Notes under the pieces: generated by a model
What the model saw: only the letters and a program-made list of their open reading frames with translations
Told to the model about the DNA's origin: nothing
Databases searched by the model: none
Made by a program: the position numbers and the translations under genes
Origin: Alphaproteobacteria bacterium
GTDB taxonomy: Bacteria > Pseudomonadota > Alphaproteobacteria > Micavibrionales > Micavibrionaceae
NCBI GenBank assembly: GCA_033851915.1
Contig: JAWSVM010000002.1
Coordinates: 3,742 to 67,741, forward strand
Direction of reading: 5' to 3'
DNA length: 64,000 nt
Shown here: positions 10,334 through 19,544 of the stretch, piece by piece
How the letters are laid out: every line of letters starts with the position of its first letter
How positions within the stretch are numbered: position 1 is the stretch's first letter

Positions 10334-10614
10334 CCCTCTGGAAAACACGTTCCCCCTGTGATATCAGAGCGCCTACGGTATAAAGAATGCAAGACCTCCC
10401 TGCATCACAAGATAAAATTTAACCCATTTATGGTCATTATATCTCTTATATATTAGGACAACATCATATAATTAGATCAAATTTTATCTAAAGATTACGA
10501 CTTCTTAACTATTTCCATATTAATATACATGACTTCTTAAATAAACGAGAAGCATTCTCCGCACCATAAACGCAGAGAATATAAAGATATAATATTTAGG
10601 TCGGGAAACGTAAA

Positions 10615-12903
10615 ATGGCACACACAATTTTGAATAATTTTCTAACAGATTCAGGAACGCAGGAAAGCGCACCTGACAACACACAGAGAATAACATTACA
10701 AAATGACGGACAATCCGTTGACCTGCCCGATGCTTCCTATGTAAGAGATGCCAACATTACACGTGATGGCGTTGACCTTGTTTTAGAAACAGCCGACGGC
10801 ACAGTCGTTATCGAAGGATATTACGCCGCTGAACCAACACCAAATTTAGTAGCCCCTGACGGTCTGACACTAACCCCTGATCTTGTGAACTCATTTACAC
10901 ATGGCGGCAATCAGTATGCCGATGCCGGTATGGGGATGAACGATGTCTCCCCCGTTGGTGCAGTACAGGAAATCAGCGGTGAAGCAACAGTGACACGCCT
11001 AAACGGCAGTGTAGAAGTTATTGGTATCGGAACACCTATCTATCAAGGCGATGTTATTGATACAGATGAAGATGGCGCGGTTAACATCATCTTTGTTGAT
11101 GATACAACATTTGCAGTATCCGAAGATGCGCGCCTTTCTATTGATGAATATGTCTTTGATGCCGCCACACAATCAGGTGTATCCAATTTCTCCGTACTAA
11201 AAGGTGTCTTTGTGTTCACTTCCGGTTTAATCGGGCGTGATGATCCGGACGATGTGATGATCGATACACCATCAGGCTCTATCGGTATTCGCGGAACCAT
11301 TATCGCAGGAGATGTCAACACGGGTGAAATCACAGTTATTGAGGGCGCGATTGTTCTTCACGACTTCTCAGGCAACACAGTAACACTTTCAAATCAATAC
11401 GAAACAGCGCGATTTAATGCATTGGAAGGCCAAATCGAACATGTAGGTGAACTAAGTGCAAACGATGTGATCACAAAATTCATGAGCGTTTCAACAGTTG
11501 CCGCCGATCTATTCTCCTCCATTCAGGATTCTGCCACGGAGACAGGGCAAGATAATAATGACAGCTCTACGCAAAACACAGCTCAAGACGCTGAAGCTGA
11601 AAGCTCTGATACACAAGAAACAGAAGGCCAGCAGGAACAAGAAGCTGCACCGGAAACATCCCCTGAAGCCGCACTGGAAGGCGCGCAGGAAGAAGTATCT
11701 TTGGAAGAAGTCATCACCAGCGAAGATATCACGCAATCAGGTGAAAGTGATACAACCGAAACACAATCAGACACAACGCAATCTTCCGAACAGGATACTA
11801 GCGCCCCCCAAACAACGGGATCAGGCGCAGGCAGTAACACCGGAACACAAGACACACAAACATTTACGCCACCGCCAGCGCCGGTCGAGCTTGCAGCGCC
11901 AACATTTGCGGGGCTTGCACCAAATATTTCCGGCCTCGATAACTTCTTCAGCGGATCACAGGATAGTAATTTCTCTTACAATTTCTCTCATGAATTCAGC
12001 GATCCAGATAGCGCAATAACAGGCTACAACCTTGTTACTGCCCCTGTTAACGGCGATATTGCAAGCTACAACCTAAACACAAGCACAGGGTTTATGTCGA
12101 TTGATCTCGACGGCCTCGTCACAGGAAGCTCCACATTCTCCTTTACTGTCGAAGCCTTAAGCAACTCAGGTAATGTAAGCCACACATATGTATTTGATAT
12201 ATACGGATCAACAACAACGACTACGCCAATTTTCACAACAAACGATGTTTATAGCGGTACAGACGCAAGCATTAACGTTGTTGCAGATAACGTTTCAATA
12301 TTCGCAGATGGCGACAGCACAAACAACACCATCGATATCAATGCAAATGGAAGCTATGTAAAAGCAGGTGACGGCGCGGACACAATTAACATCGGCGCAG
12401 GACAAACAGGATATCATCTTTATGGTGATGCCGGAAACGACACATTCAACATCGCTCAGGCACAAGGTAAGTCCTACGGTGGTGGCGGTGATGATGAATT
12501 TATCCTGCTGGATGGAAGCGTAGTCAGTGATTTTGAAACATTAAGCACCGGCCTAAAAATTGATGGTGGCGCGGGAGACGATCTCGTCCAACTTGCAGCA
12601 ATAGGAAACATCGATTTCAGCAATATAAATGCAGGGCTTATCAATAACATTGAAAAAATCGCCTTTATCAACGGCCAAGCCAACGTCATTAGCCTGGATT
12701 ATGACAGCGTAATTTCAATGACCGATGCTGATAACAGACTAGTCATCGATATGGATAGTGCTGACACATTAAACTTCACGAACTCAGGCCATACATTCAC
12801 GAACACAGGCTTAGACGTAACAAGCAATTACGATGTTTATACGGACGGCACAGTCACCATCTTGGTTGATTTAGACCACAGCGCGGTGAGCGGTATTATA
12901 TAA
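10615..12903 (+). CDS. large secreted protein with a FecR-like domain, an acidic Ser/Thr/Gln/Glu-rich linker and C-terminal RTX-type calcium-binding repeats
   Basis: The N-terminal DGVDLVLETADGTVVIEGYY resembles a BapA-prefix-like module. The FecR-like segment is IYQGDVIDTDEDGAVNIIF...IGIRGT. GDGADTIN, GDAGNDTFN, GGGGDDEF and GGAGDDLV repeats lie near the C-terminus. Confidence 0.8.
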   Translation: MAHTILNNFLTDSGTQESAPDNTQRITLQNDGQSVDLPDASYVRDANITRDGVDLVLETADGTVVIEGYYAAEPTPNLVAPDGLTLTPDLVNSFTHGGNQYADAGMGMNDVSPVGAVQEISGEATVTRLNGSVEVIGIGTPIYQGDVIDTDEDGAVNIIFVDDTTFAVSEDARLSIDEYVFDAATQSGVSNFSVLKGVFVFTSGLIGRDDPDDVMIDTPSGSIGIRGTIIAGDVNTGEITVIEGAIVLHDFSGNTVTLSNQYETARFNALEGQIEHVGELSANDVITKFMSVSTVAADLFSSIQDSATETGQDNNDSSTQNTAQDAEAESSDTQETEGQQEQEAAPETSPEAALEGAQEEVSLEEVITSEDITQSGESDTTETQSDTTQSSEQDTSAPQTTGSGAGSNTGTQDTQTFTPPPAPVELAAPTFAGLAPNISGLDNFFSGSQDSNFSYNFSHEFSDPDSAITGYNLVTAPVNGDIASYNLNTSTGFMSIDLDGLVTGSSTFSFTVEALSNSGNVSHTYVFDIYGSTTTTTPIFTTNDVYSGTDASINVVADNVSIFADGDSTNNTIDINANGSYVKAGDGADTINIGAGQTGYHLYGDAGNDTFNIAQAQGKSYGGGGDDEFILLDGSVVSDFETLSTGLKIDGGAGDDLVQLAAIGNIDFSNINAGLINNIEKIAFINGQANVISLDYDSVISMTDADNRLVIDMDSADTLNFTNSGHTFTNTGLDVTSNYDVYTDGTVTILVDLDHSAVSGII

Positions 12904-12957
12904 AATAAGAAAAGACGTACAGGAACAGAACGTGTGGGTAAAGCTGTGGAATAAAAT

Positions 12958-14436
12958 CTAATACGATTTTTCCACGGCTCTTTGCCATTTAGAATACAAA
13001 ACATCCATATCCTGTTTTCTCTCTCTTGGCTTATAATGACGATCCACTTTCCAGCGCGCCGACACATCATCTATTGAGGCAAACACATTGGCCTGCACCC
13101 CTGCCAAACACGCTGCCCCCCACGCCGTACACTCCGCCACCTTTGGGATTTCAATGTTAACACCAAGAGTGTCTGCCAAGAACTGACACATAAACCCATT
13201 GGCCACCAACCCGCCATCAGCGCGTAACACATCAATTTTCTGTCCGCTATCCTTCTGCATAACATCTATTAGGTCACGTGTTTGATACGCTTGTGCCTCT
13301 AACGCTGCGCGAACGATATGTGCCTTTTGTGTATCACGAGACAAGCCGCAAATAATCCCGCGTGCCGCAGGATTCCAGTACGGCGCGCCAAGCCCGGTAA
13401 AAGCAGGAACAAAATAAACGCCGCCATTATCGGGCACCGATTGCGCCATATTTTCACTCTCTTTGGCATCACCAATGAAGCTTAAATTATCTCGCAAAAA
13501 CTGAATCGCCGTTCCCGCGTTAAAAATTGACCCTTCCAGCGCATATGAAATCTTACTATTAACACTTAAACCTATAGTTGTTATCAATTTGTGTTTTGAT
13601 AGCATCGGCGTATCACCAATATTCATCAGAGCGAAGCATCCCGTTCCATAGGTTGACTTCACCATACCGGAATGGACACAACCCTGCCCGATTAGTGCAG
13701 ATTGCTGATCTCCCACCATACCACCCACAGCCAAATTACAGCCAAATAAACCCAAATCTAATTGGCCAAATTCAGATATATTATCCAATACTTTTGGAAG
13801 CATCTCTTTGGGAATATTAAACAATTCAAGCAAATCGTCATCCCACTGATGACCAATTATATTATAAAGCATTGTCCGTGAAGCATTGGTTGCATCGGTT
13901 GCATGCACACGACCACCTGTTAAGTGCCATAACAGATAACAATCGACCGTTCCGAACAATAACTCACCATTCTCCGCACGCTCGCGCACGCCATCAACGC
14001 TTTCCAGAATCCATCTCAATTTGGTTGCGGAAAAATATGGATCGAGAAGCAATCCGGTCTTCTCTCGAACCATTTTTTCATCCCCATTTCCTTTTAAGGT
14101 TGTGCAAAATTCTGCCGTTCGACGATCTTGCCAGACAATTGCGTTATAAACAGGCTCCCCCGTCTTCCGATCCCAAACAATTGTCGTTTCCCTTTGGTTT
14201 GTAATACCTACACCTGCAATAGAAGCCGTCACATCTGCATCTTGCGACAAAACATCCCTAATAACGGAAAATGTCTGCTCCACGAGTGCTTTTGGATCTT
14301 GCTCCACCCAACCATCCTGTGGATAAATTAAATCCACAGGCTGTTGATAAATAAATCGGATTTCACCATGCTCATCAAAAATAATCGCACGCGAACTACT
14401 CGTCCCTTGATCGATCGCCAAAAGATGCGTTGCCAT
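12958..14436 (-). CDS. glpK: glycerol kinase
   Basis: Canonical GlpK sequence throughout (AIDQGTSSSRAIIFD, GITNQRETT, YFVPAFTGLGAPYW). Confidence 0.97.
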   Translation of the reverse strand: MATHLLAIDQGTSSSRAIIFDEHGEIRFIYQQPVDLIYPQDGWVEQDPKALVEQTFSVIRDVLSQDADVTASIAGVGITNQRETTIVWDRKTGEPVYNAIVWQDRRTAEFCTTLKGNGDEKMVREKTGLLLDPYFSATKLRWILESVDGVRERAENGELLFGTVDCYLLWHLTGGRVHATDATNASRTMLYNIIGHQWDDDLLELFNIPKEMLPKVLDNISEFGQLDLGLFGCNLAVGGMVGDQQSALIGQGCVHSGMVKSTYGTGCFALMNIGDTPMLSKHKLITTIGLSVNSKISYALEGSIFNAGTAIQFLRDNLSFIGDAKESENMAQSVPDNGGVYFVPAFTGLGAPYWNPAARGIICGLSRDTQKAHIVRAALEAQAYQTRDLIDVMQKDSGQKIDVLRADGGLVANGFMCQFLADTLGVNIEIPKVAECTAWGAACLAGVQANVFASIDDVSARWKVDRHYKPRERKQDMDVLYSKWQRAVEKSY

Positions 14437-14458
14437 AGCCTAAAATTCCTTCAAAAAA

Positions 14459-15979
14459 TCAAGACGCCAGAGCGGCCTCTATATTACGAACAGTGTCATC
14501 AGATATATGCAGGCCAAGCTTGGAACGCCGCCACACGACATCCTCCGCCGTTGCTGCCCACTCATAATTCACAAGATAATCAATTTCTGCCTTAAAGACC
14601 TGATCGCCATAATGCGCTCCCAGATCAGCCAGTGACTCCGCGCCATGCAGAAAATAATCCATCCGCGCCCCGTAAGAGCGAATATAACGTTGCAACAATT
14701 CCATAGGCAACCACGGATATTGCTGTCTTTGTAAATGCGTATAAGCCTCAAGACTATGCCCGCCAAAATCACCACCGGTTAGAGGCTCTCCCGCACTCCA
14801 GCCTTCAACAACACGCCCTGACAGGCGCATCAACTGATTAACAACCGCCTCACTCAAAGCACGATAGGTGGTTAACTTCCCGCCAAACACAGATAAAAAC
14901 GGTGGATCATAGCGGCTATGATGGTAAATACGATAACCACGCGATATCTCACTGGAGTTTTCCTCACCATCATCCAGCAATGGCCGCACGCCGCTGAACG
15001 TGAAAATAACATCAGAGGGCAACACAGTCTTTGAAAACGCACAATTCACCGCTTCGCACAAATAAGCCATCTCCGCATCGGAAATTCTGGCATCACGTGG
15101 GTTACCCTCAAATTCCTCTTCCGTCGTCCCCACCAGTGTATATTCTCCCTGATATGGCGCAACAAACACAATGCGCTTATCCGGTTGCTGCAGCACATAG
15201 GCGTGATCGCCCTCATATTGACGCGGCAAAATAATATGGCTGCCCTTTACAAGGCGCACCATCGGCAAATCGGGATCATGATTACCAATCCCGACATTCT
15301 CCAGAAACTTACCAACCCACGGCCCCGTCGCATTCACGACCATAGAGGCACTAACATCCAACGTCTCATCAGACATCGTATCGCGCAACGTAACGCGCCA
15401 ACGCCCGTCACAAACCTTCAAACCTTCACACCGCGTATGGGTTAACACCTTCGCATTACGCGCCGCGGCATCCACCGCATTTAAAACCACCAAACGCGTA
15501 TCATCAACATAGCAATCCGAATACACAACACCATTCAGCATATCATCCAGCAGAGGCTTGCCGAACACATCATCCCCAAACTGAACAACACGCGAATTAG
15601 GAAGGGATTTTTTACCGCCCAGATGGTCGTAAAGCCACAACCCCAATCGTATAAGCCATTGCGGGCGTTGCTCATCATCTTGCAAAAACACACACTCAAG
15701 CGGAGAGATAAGATGCGGCGCGTTTCGCAACAGCACCTCGCGCTCTTTCAACGCCTCGCGCACCATACCAAACTCACAATGCTCCAAATAACGTAAACCG
15801 CCATGGATCAACTTTGAGCTGGCCGAAGATGTTGCTCCGCCCAGATCATCTGCCTCAACCAAAAGCACAGATAAACCGCGGCCAGCAGCATCTCGCGCAA
15901 TGCCTGCACCGTTAATTCCACCACCAATTACACATAAGTCATAATGAAGATCATCCATATCCAAATCAGGATACAGCAA
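14459..15979 (-). CDS. glpD: glycerol-3-phosphate dehydrogenase (FAD)
   Basis: N-terminal DLCVIGGGINGAGIARDAAGRGL and KLIHGGLRYLE. It is adjacent to glpK. Confidence 0.95.
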   Translation of the reverse strand: MLYPDLDMDDLHYDLCVIGGGINGAGIARDAAGRGLSVLLVEADDLGGATSSASSKLIHGGLRYLEHCEFGMVREALKEREVLLRNAPHLISPLECVFLQDDEQRPQWLIRLGLWLYDHLGGKKSLPNSRVVQFGDDVFGKPLLDDMLNGVVYSDCYVDDTRLVVLNAVDAAARNAKVLTHTRCEGLKVCDGRWRVTLRDTMSDETLDVSASMVVNATGPWVGKFLENVGIGNHDPDLPMVRLVKGSHIILPRQYEGDHAYVLQQPDKRIVFVAPYQGEYTLVGTTEEEFEGNPRDARISDAEMAYLCEAVNCAFSKTVLPSDVIFTFSGVRPLLDDGEENSSEISRGYRIYHHSRYDPPFLSVFGGKLTTYRALSEAVVNQLMRLSGRVVEGWSAGEPLTGGDFGGHSLEAYTHLQRQQYPWLPMELLQRYIRSYGARMDYFLHGAESLADLGAHYGDQVFKAEIDYLVNYEWAATAEDVVWRRSKLGLHISDDTVRNIEAALAS

Positions 15980-16112
15980 GAGCCATCATATGGAAAGGTT
16001 GAGTTTTCAACATCATGTAAATAATTCTATCAACAGAATAAGCCTTTGACACACAATGGTATTTAGATAATAATCCACAGAGTAATACACATGTATTCCT
16101 TCAGGTTCTCTG

Positions 16113-18224
16113 ATGCATATACTAAATTGGATATACAAACCTTCCCTCCTCGCAGCCACATTGCTTTGCGCGGCTTTTTGCGCTGCCGGAACAACACGCG
16201 CCGCACCTTCGCAAAAACACAGCCCCGCCATCACTGGATTTTTGGGGTTAAACACAATCCCCAGTGCCCGCATGGATGACGTTGGCACCGTGCGCATGGG
16301 CGTATCAACCCTCGATCCCTACCTGCACGGCTATATCGGCATACAAATTGCCGACCCTCTCCACATCAACATCAGGCAAACGGCCGAGGTTTCAAACCTC
16401 ACAGAAAACCCGAAGAGCCTATATCCCGGCGTTGATTTGAAATTACGCCTCATAAAGGAAAATGCCTATCGCCCTGAAATATCGCTCGGCCTGCAATCCG
16501 CCTTCGGACACAAAAGAATGGCAGGCGAATATATTGCGCTGTCCAAACGTTACAACAACTTTGACTTCACCGCAGGGCTTGGCTGGGGACGGTTTGGCAG
16601 CGCAGGGCATTTCAACAACCCTTTCAAAGTTCTCGGCAACCATTTCGAACATGACAGAAACCCAGACAGCAACACCCCAAACACACCAAGCGACTGGTTT
16701 ACCGGCGATAAAATCGGCCTATTTGCGGGCGTAGAGTACTTTCTGCCCTATGACGGCCTCTCTTTAAAACTCGATTACGGCGCGGATCGCTACACAGCAG
16801 AGAAAAACAGTTTCGACTATGAAGCCCCGGCCCCTTGGGGCATTGGGCTGGCCTACACGCCCAATAATTGGGTCAGCGCAAGCATCGGCATGCAAGGCAC
16901 AGATAAGGTGATGGGGCGCATTTCTCTGCAATCAATCCCGTCCAAATGGCCCTTCACACACAAAGCATACTCCAAACCAAAACCTTTCTACAAAAAACGC
17001 AATGCACACTTGAATATCGCCGACATGAAAAATGCAGCTGCGAACGATGACATCATCCTCACCGACATCACAAGCAAAGGGCAAAGTATTTTCGCCACAC
17101 TCGACATATCTACCCACGCGCCTGCGCCGCAACAGATCGGGCGCGCCGTACGTCACATCGCCGAATATAGCGGGCAAGATATAGAGGCCACAACCATCAC
17201 CCCACGACACGTACACCTCATGGGAACCCCGATTAAAATCATGAGATCCGATGTAGAAAACTATCTGGACAACAATTTATCCAGCCCACAAGAAATTTGG
17301 AAGAACGCCGAGTTTGTAGTTAGTACAGAGGATAATAAAAGGCCTAACCCCTTCTTATCCACACGTGGAACAAACAACAAAACAACATTTACGCTTGAGC
17401 TGGAAAATCAAATCAGCCTCTCGGAAGAAGAAAGCGGAATCCTCTATCGCAGCTCGGCATTTATCAATGCACAATCATCCCCATTTTTAGGATTCCTGAC
17501 AGGTACAGCCCTTCGCATTAATCTGGGCAACAACCTAAATGACCGCACCTACATCAACAAAACCCAACCAACCGAGCTTACAAAAGCCTATGCACAAGAA
17601 CGCATCAGCCTTGAAAACGCTTATGTTGGATACGCCCACAGCTTCACCCCCGCCTTACACGTCATGGCAAGCGCAGGTTATCTGGAGGAAGGATATGCCG
17701 GATTAGGCGGTGAAATTCTATATCGTCCACTTTCCTCACGCTTTGCATTAGGTGCTGAAATCTGGAATGTCACCCCGCGCCAAGCAGATACACTTCTCAA
17801 CATGGGGCTCTACGCAGGACAAAACAGCATCACCGGACACCTCAACGGATGGTACGATTTACCGCATCATGACATGACCATTCACGCACGCGCAGGGCGT
17901 TTTATCGCAGGCGATGTCGGTGGATCATTGGGGCTGGAGAAAACATTCAAAAACGGCGCAAAACTAACTGGCCTAGTATCAATAAGTAACTACAGTGACA
18001 CCGATATTTATGGCGGAACCACCCACGCTTACCACAGCTTAAAGCTAAGCCTTCCTTTGGGCAGTATTCCATATATCCCCACGGGCAGCGAGCTGCGCAC
18101 AGAGATAGCACCCTTCGATCGCGTCACCGCACAAAGCATAACCCCACCGCGCCGCCTTTTTGAGATGACCGAGAACTTCACACTCGATCATATGGCAAAA
18201 CACTGGACGAATATTTTGGATTAA
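16113..18224 (+). CDS. yjbH: YjbH-domain outer membrane protein
   Basis: Collinear with remembered E. coli YjbH blocks: PSARM, DLKLRL, FDFTAGLGWGRFGS, EILYRPL and GRFIAGDVGG. Confidence 0.8.
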   Translation: MHILNWIYKPSLLAATLLCAAFCAAGTTRAAPSQKHSPAITGFLGLNTIPSARMDDVGTVRMGVSTLDPYLHGYIGIQIADPLHINIRQTAEVSNLTENPKSLYPGVDLKLRLIKENAYRPEISLGLQSAFGHKRMAGEYIALSKRYNNFDFTAGLGWGRFGSAGHFNNPFKVLGNHFEHDRNPDSNTPNTPSDWFTGDKIGLFAGVEYFLPYDGLSLKLDYGADRYTAEKNSFDYEAPAPWGIGLAYTPNNWVSASIGMQGTDKVMGRISLQSIPSKWPFTHKAYSKPKPFYKKRNAHLNIADMKNAAANDDIILTDITSKGQSIFATLDISTHAPAPQQIGRAVRHIAEYSGQDIEATTITPRHVHLMGTPIKIMRSDVENYLDNNLSSPQEIWKNAEFVVSTEDNKRPNPFLSTRGTNNKTTFTLELENQISLSEEESGILYRSSAFINAQSSPFLGFLTGTALRINLGNNLNDRTYINKTQPTELTKAYAQERISLENAYVGYAHSFTPALHVMASAGYLEEGYAGLGGEILYRPLSSRFALGAEIWNVTPRQADTLLNMGLYAGQNSITGHLNGWYDLPHHDMTIHARAGRFIAGDVGGSLGLEKTFKNGAKLTGLVSISNYSDTDIYGGTTHAYHSLKLSLPLGSIPYIPTGSELRTEIAPFDRVTAQSITPPRRLFEMTENFTLDHMAKHWTNILD

Positions 18225-18268
18225 AGAGTGCCCGCACATTGTCCCAAACCTTACCACTCAAAAAAACA

Positions 18269-18282
18269 CCGCCCGAAGGCGG
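18269..18282 (-). terminator. GC hairpin CCGCC-CGAA-GGCGG followed on the minus strand by a T7 run
   Basis: The minus-strand reading is CCGCCTTCGGGCGGTGTTTTTTT. It lies about 250 nt downstream of rluD and directly after yjbH. Confidence 0.55.
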
Positions 18283-18531
18283 CTATATAGTTTTATGAAT
18301 TTTATACTCTAAAGTTACACAAGGATTTTGGGATTGATGTGCAACCCATTAATAACGATCTTTATTCTTTTTATATTATTCAATGCGTATCGTTATTTTT
18401 ATTTAAAAACTACATTTTACAAATCATTCTTACCAAAAAAGGATATAAAACAGTTGTTTTGCTTACTTGTTTTATTCACACACCTTACATCATTTACAAT
18501 ACATACATTTTTATGTAAATACAAGTAAAGT

Positions 18532-19512
18532 TTATTTTCTTAATATTTTCAAAACCTTACCCATAATCTCTGGAGTATCACATTCAAAGCTCATTTGCTT
18601 TTCTGATGTTGGATGAATGAAAGATATCTGCTTTGCAAACAACATTTGGTATGGGAGTTCAACCATTTCTTTAATGAATTCATTATCATATCCGGCTTTT
18701 TTAAGTTTTGCTATTAAGCCTGTTTGCTGAGGACCGTAAAGATGGTCTCCAATCAGCGGATAACCAAGAGTCTCCATATGCACGCGGATCTGATGGGTGC
18801 GGCCTGTCTCTAGCTTGCATTCAACCAACGAACAAGCCTCCCCATAGCTCTCAACCACTTTATAATGCGTACGGGCATCACGCGGCGAATTACTCATCAC
18901 ACTCATCTTTAAACGGTTGTGACGATGACGACCTATCTCTCTGCTAACAATTCCCTTTATCGGCATAGGAACCCCAAGCACAAGCGCATAATAAACACGA
19001 CTTAAAGTGCGATCTGCGAATTGCGCAGATAAATACTTATGTGCATGGTCATTCTTAGCAACCATTATTAAGCCACTGGTATCTTTATCTAAACGATGAA
19101 CAATACCCGGTCGAATAACACCACCTATCCCCGACAGGCTATCACCACAATGATGCAACAGCGCATTCACTAAAGTCCCGCTCCAATTCCCCGCTCCGGG
19201 GTGAACGACCATTCCTGCGGCCTTATCAATCACCAATAGGTCATCATCTTCATAAACTACATTAAGTGGAATATCTTCCGCTTCCGGCACGCCACTTTCC
19301 GCTTCCGGCACGCATACAGTAAAGGTATCACCCTCCCCAACCCGTGTTGATGCAGATTTAAGCACCACATCATTCAAGGTAACATGCCCGTCCGCAATCA
19401 GCTTTTGCAACCGAGAACGAGACAATTCGTCATAAACCGAACTCAAAAACTTATCTGCACGCAAACTGATGTGTTGCTCTTCTGCAACAAAAGTTAATCT
19501 ATTTTCTTCCAT
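18532..19512 (-). CDS. rluD: RluA/RluD-family 23S rRNA pseudouridine synthase
   Basis: N-terminal S4 domain, then the HRLDKDTSGL catalytic motif and GRTHQIRVH. Confidence 0.92.
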   Translation of the reverse strand: MEENRLTFVAEEQHISLRADKFLSSVYDELSRSRLQKLIADGHVTLNDVVLKSASTRVGEGDTFTVCVPEAESGVPEAEDIPLNVVYEDDDLLVIDKAAGMVVHPGAGNWSGTLVNALLHHCGDSLSGIGGVIRPGIVHRLDKDTSGLIMVAKNDHAHKYLSAQFADRTLSRVYYALVLGVPMPIKGIVSREIGRHRHNRLKMSVMSNSPRDARTHYKVVESYGEACSLVECKLETGRTHQIRVHMETLGYPLIGDHLYGPQQTGLIAKLKKAGYDNEFIKEMVELPYQMLFAKQISFIHPTSEKQMSFECDTPEIMGKVLKILRK

Positions 19513-19544
19513 TACTCTAATAACCTATTGTTTTAAATTTAAAC

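Noticed and set aside
11498-12019. 173-aa Lys/Arg-rich alternative-frame ORF inside the RTX-protein gene
   Set aside because: It is a frame-shifted reading of the acidic low-complexity linker, a typical shadow ORF.
18328-18528. 66-aa ORF in the AT-rich spacer between yjbH and rluD
   Set aside because: Its composition (F/L/I/K/Y-rich) is what random AT-rich DNA yields. There is no RBS and no motif. I treat the 250-bp region as non-coding, though a small RNA cannot be excluded by eye.
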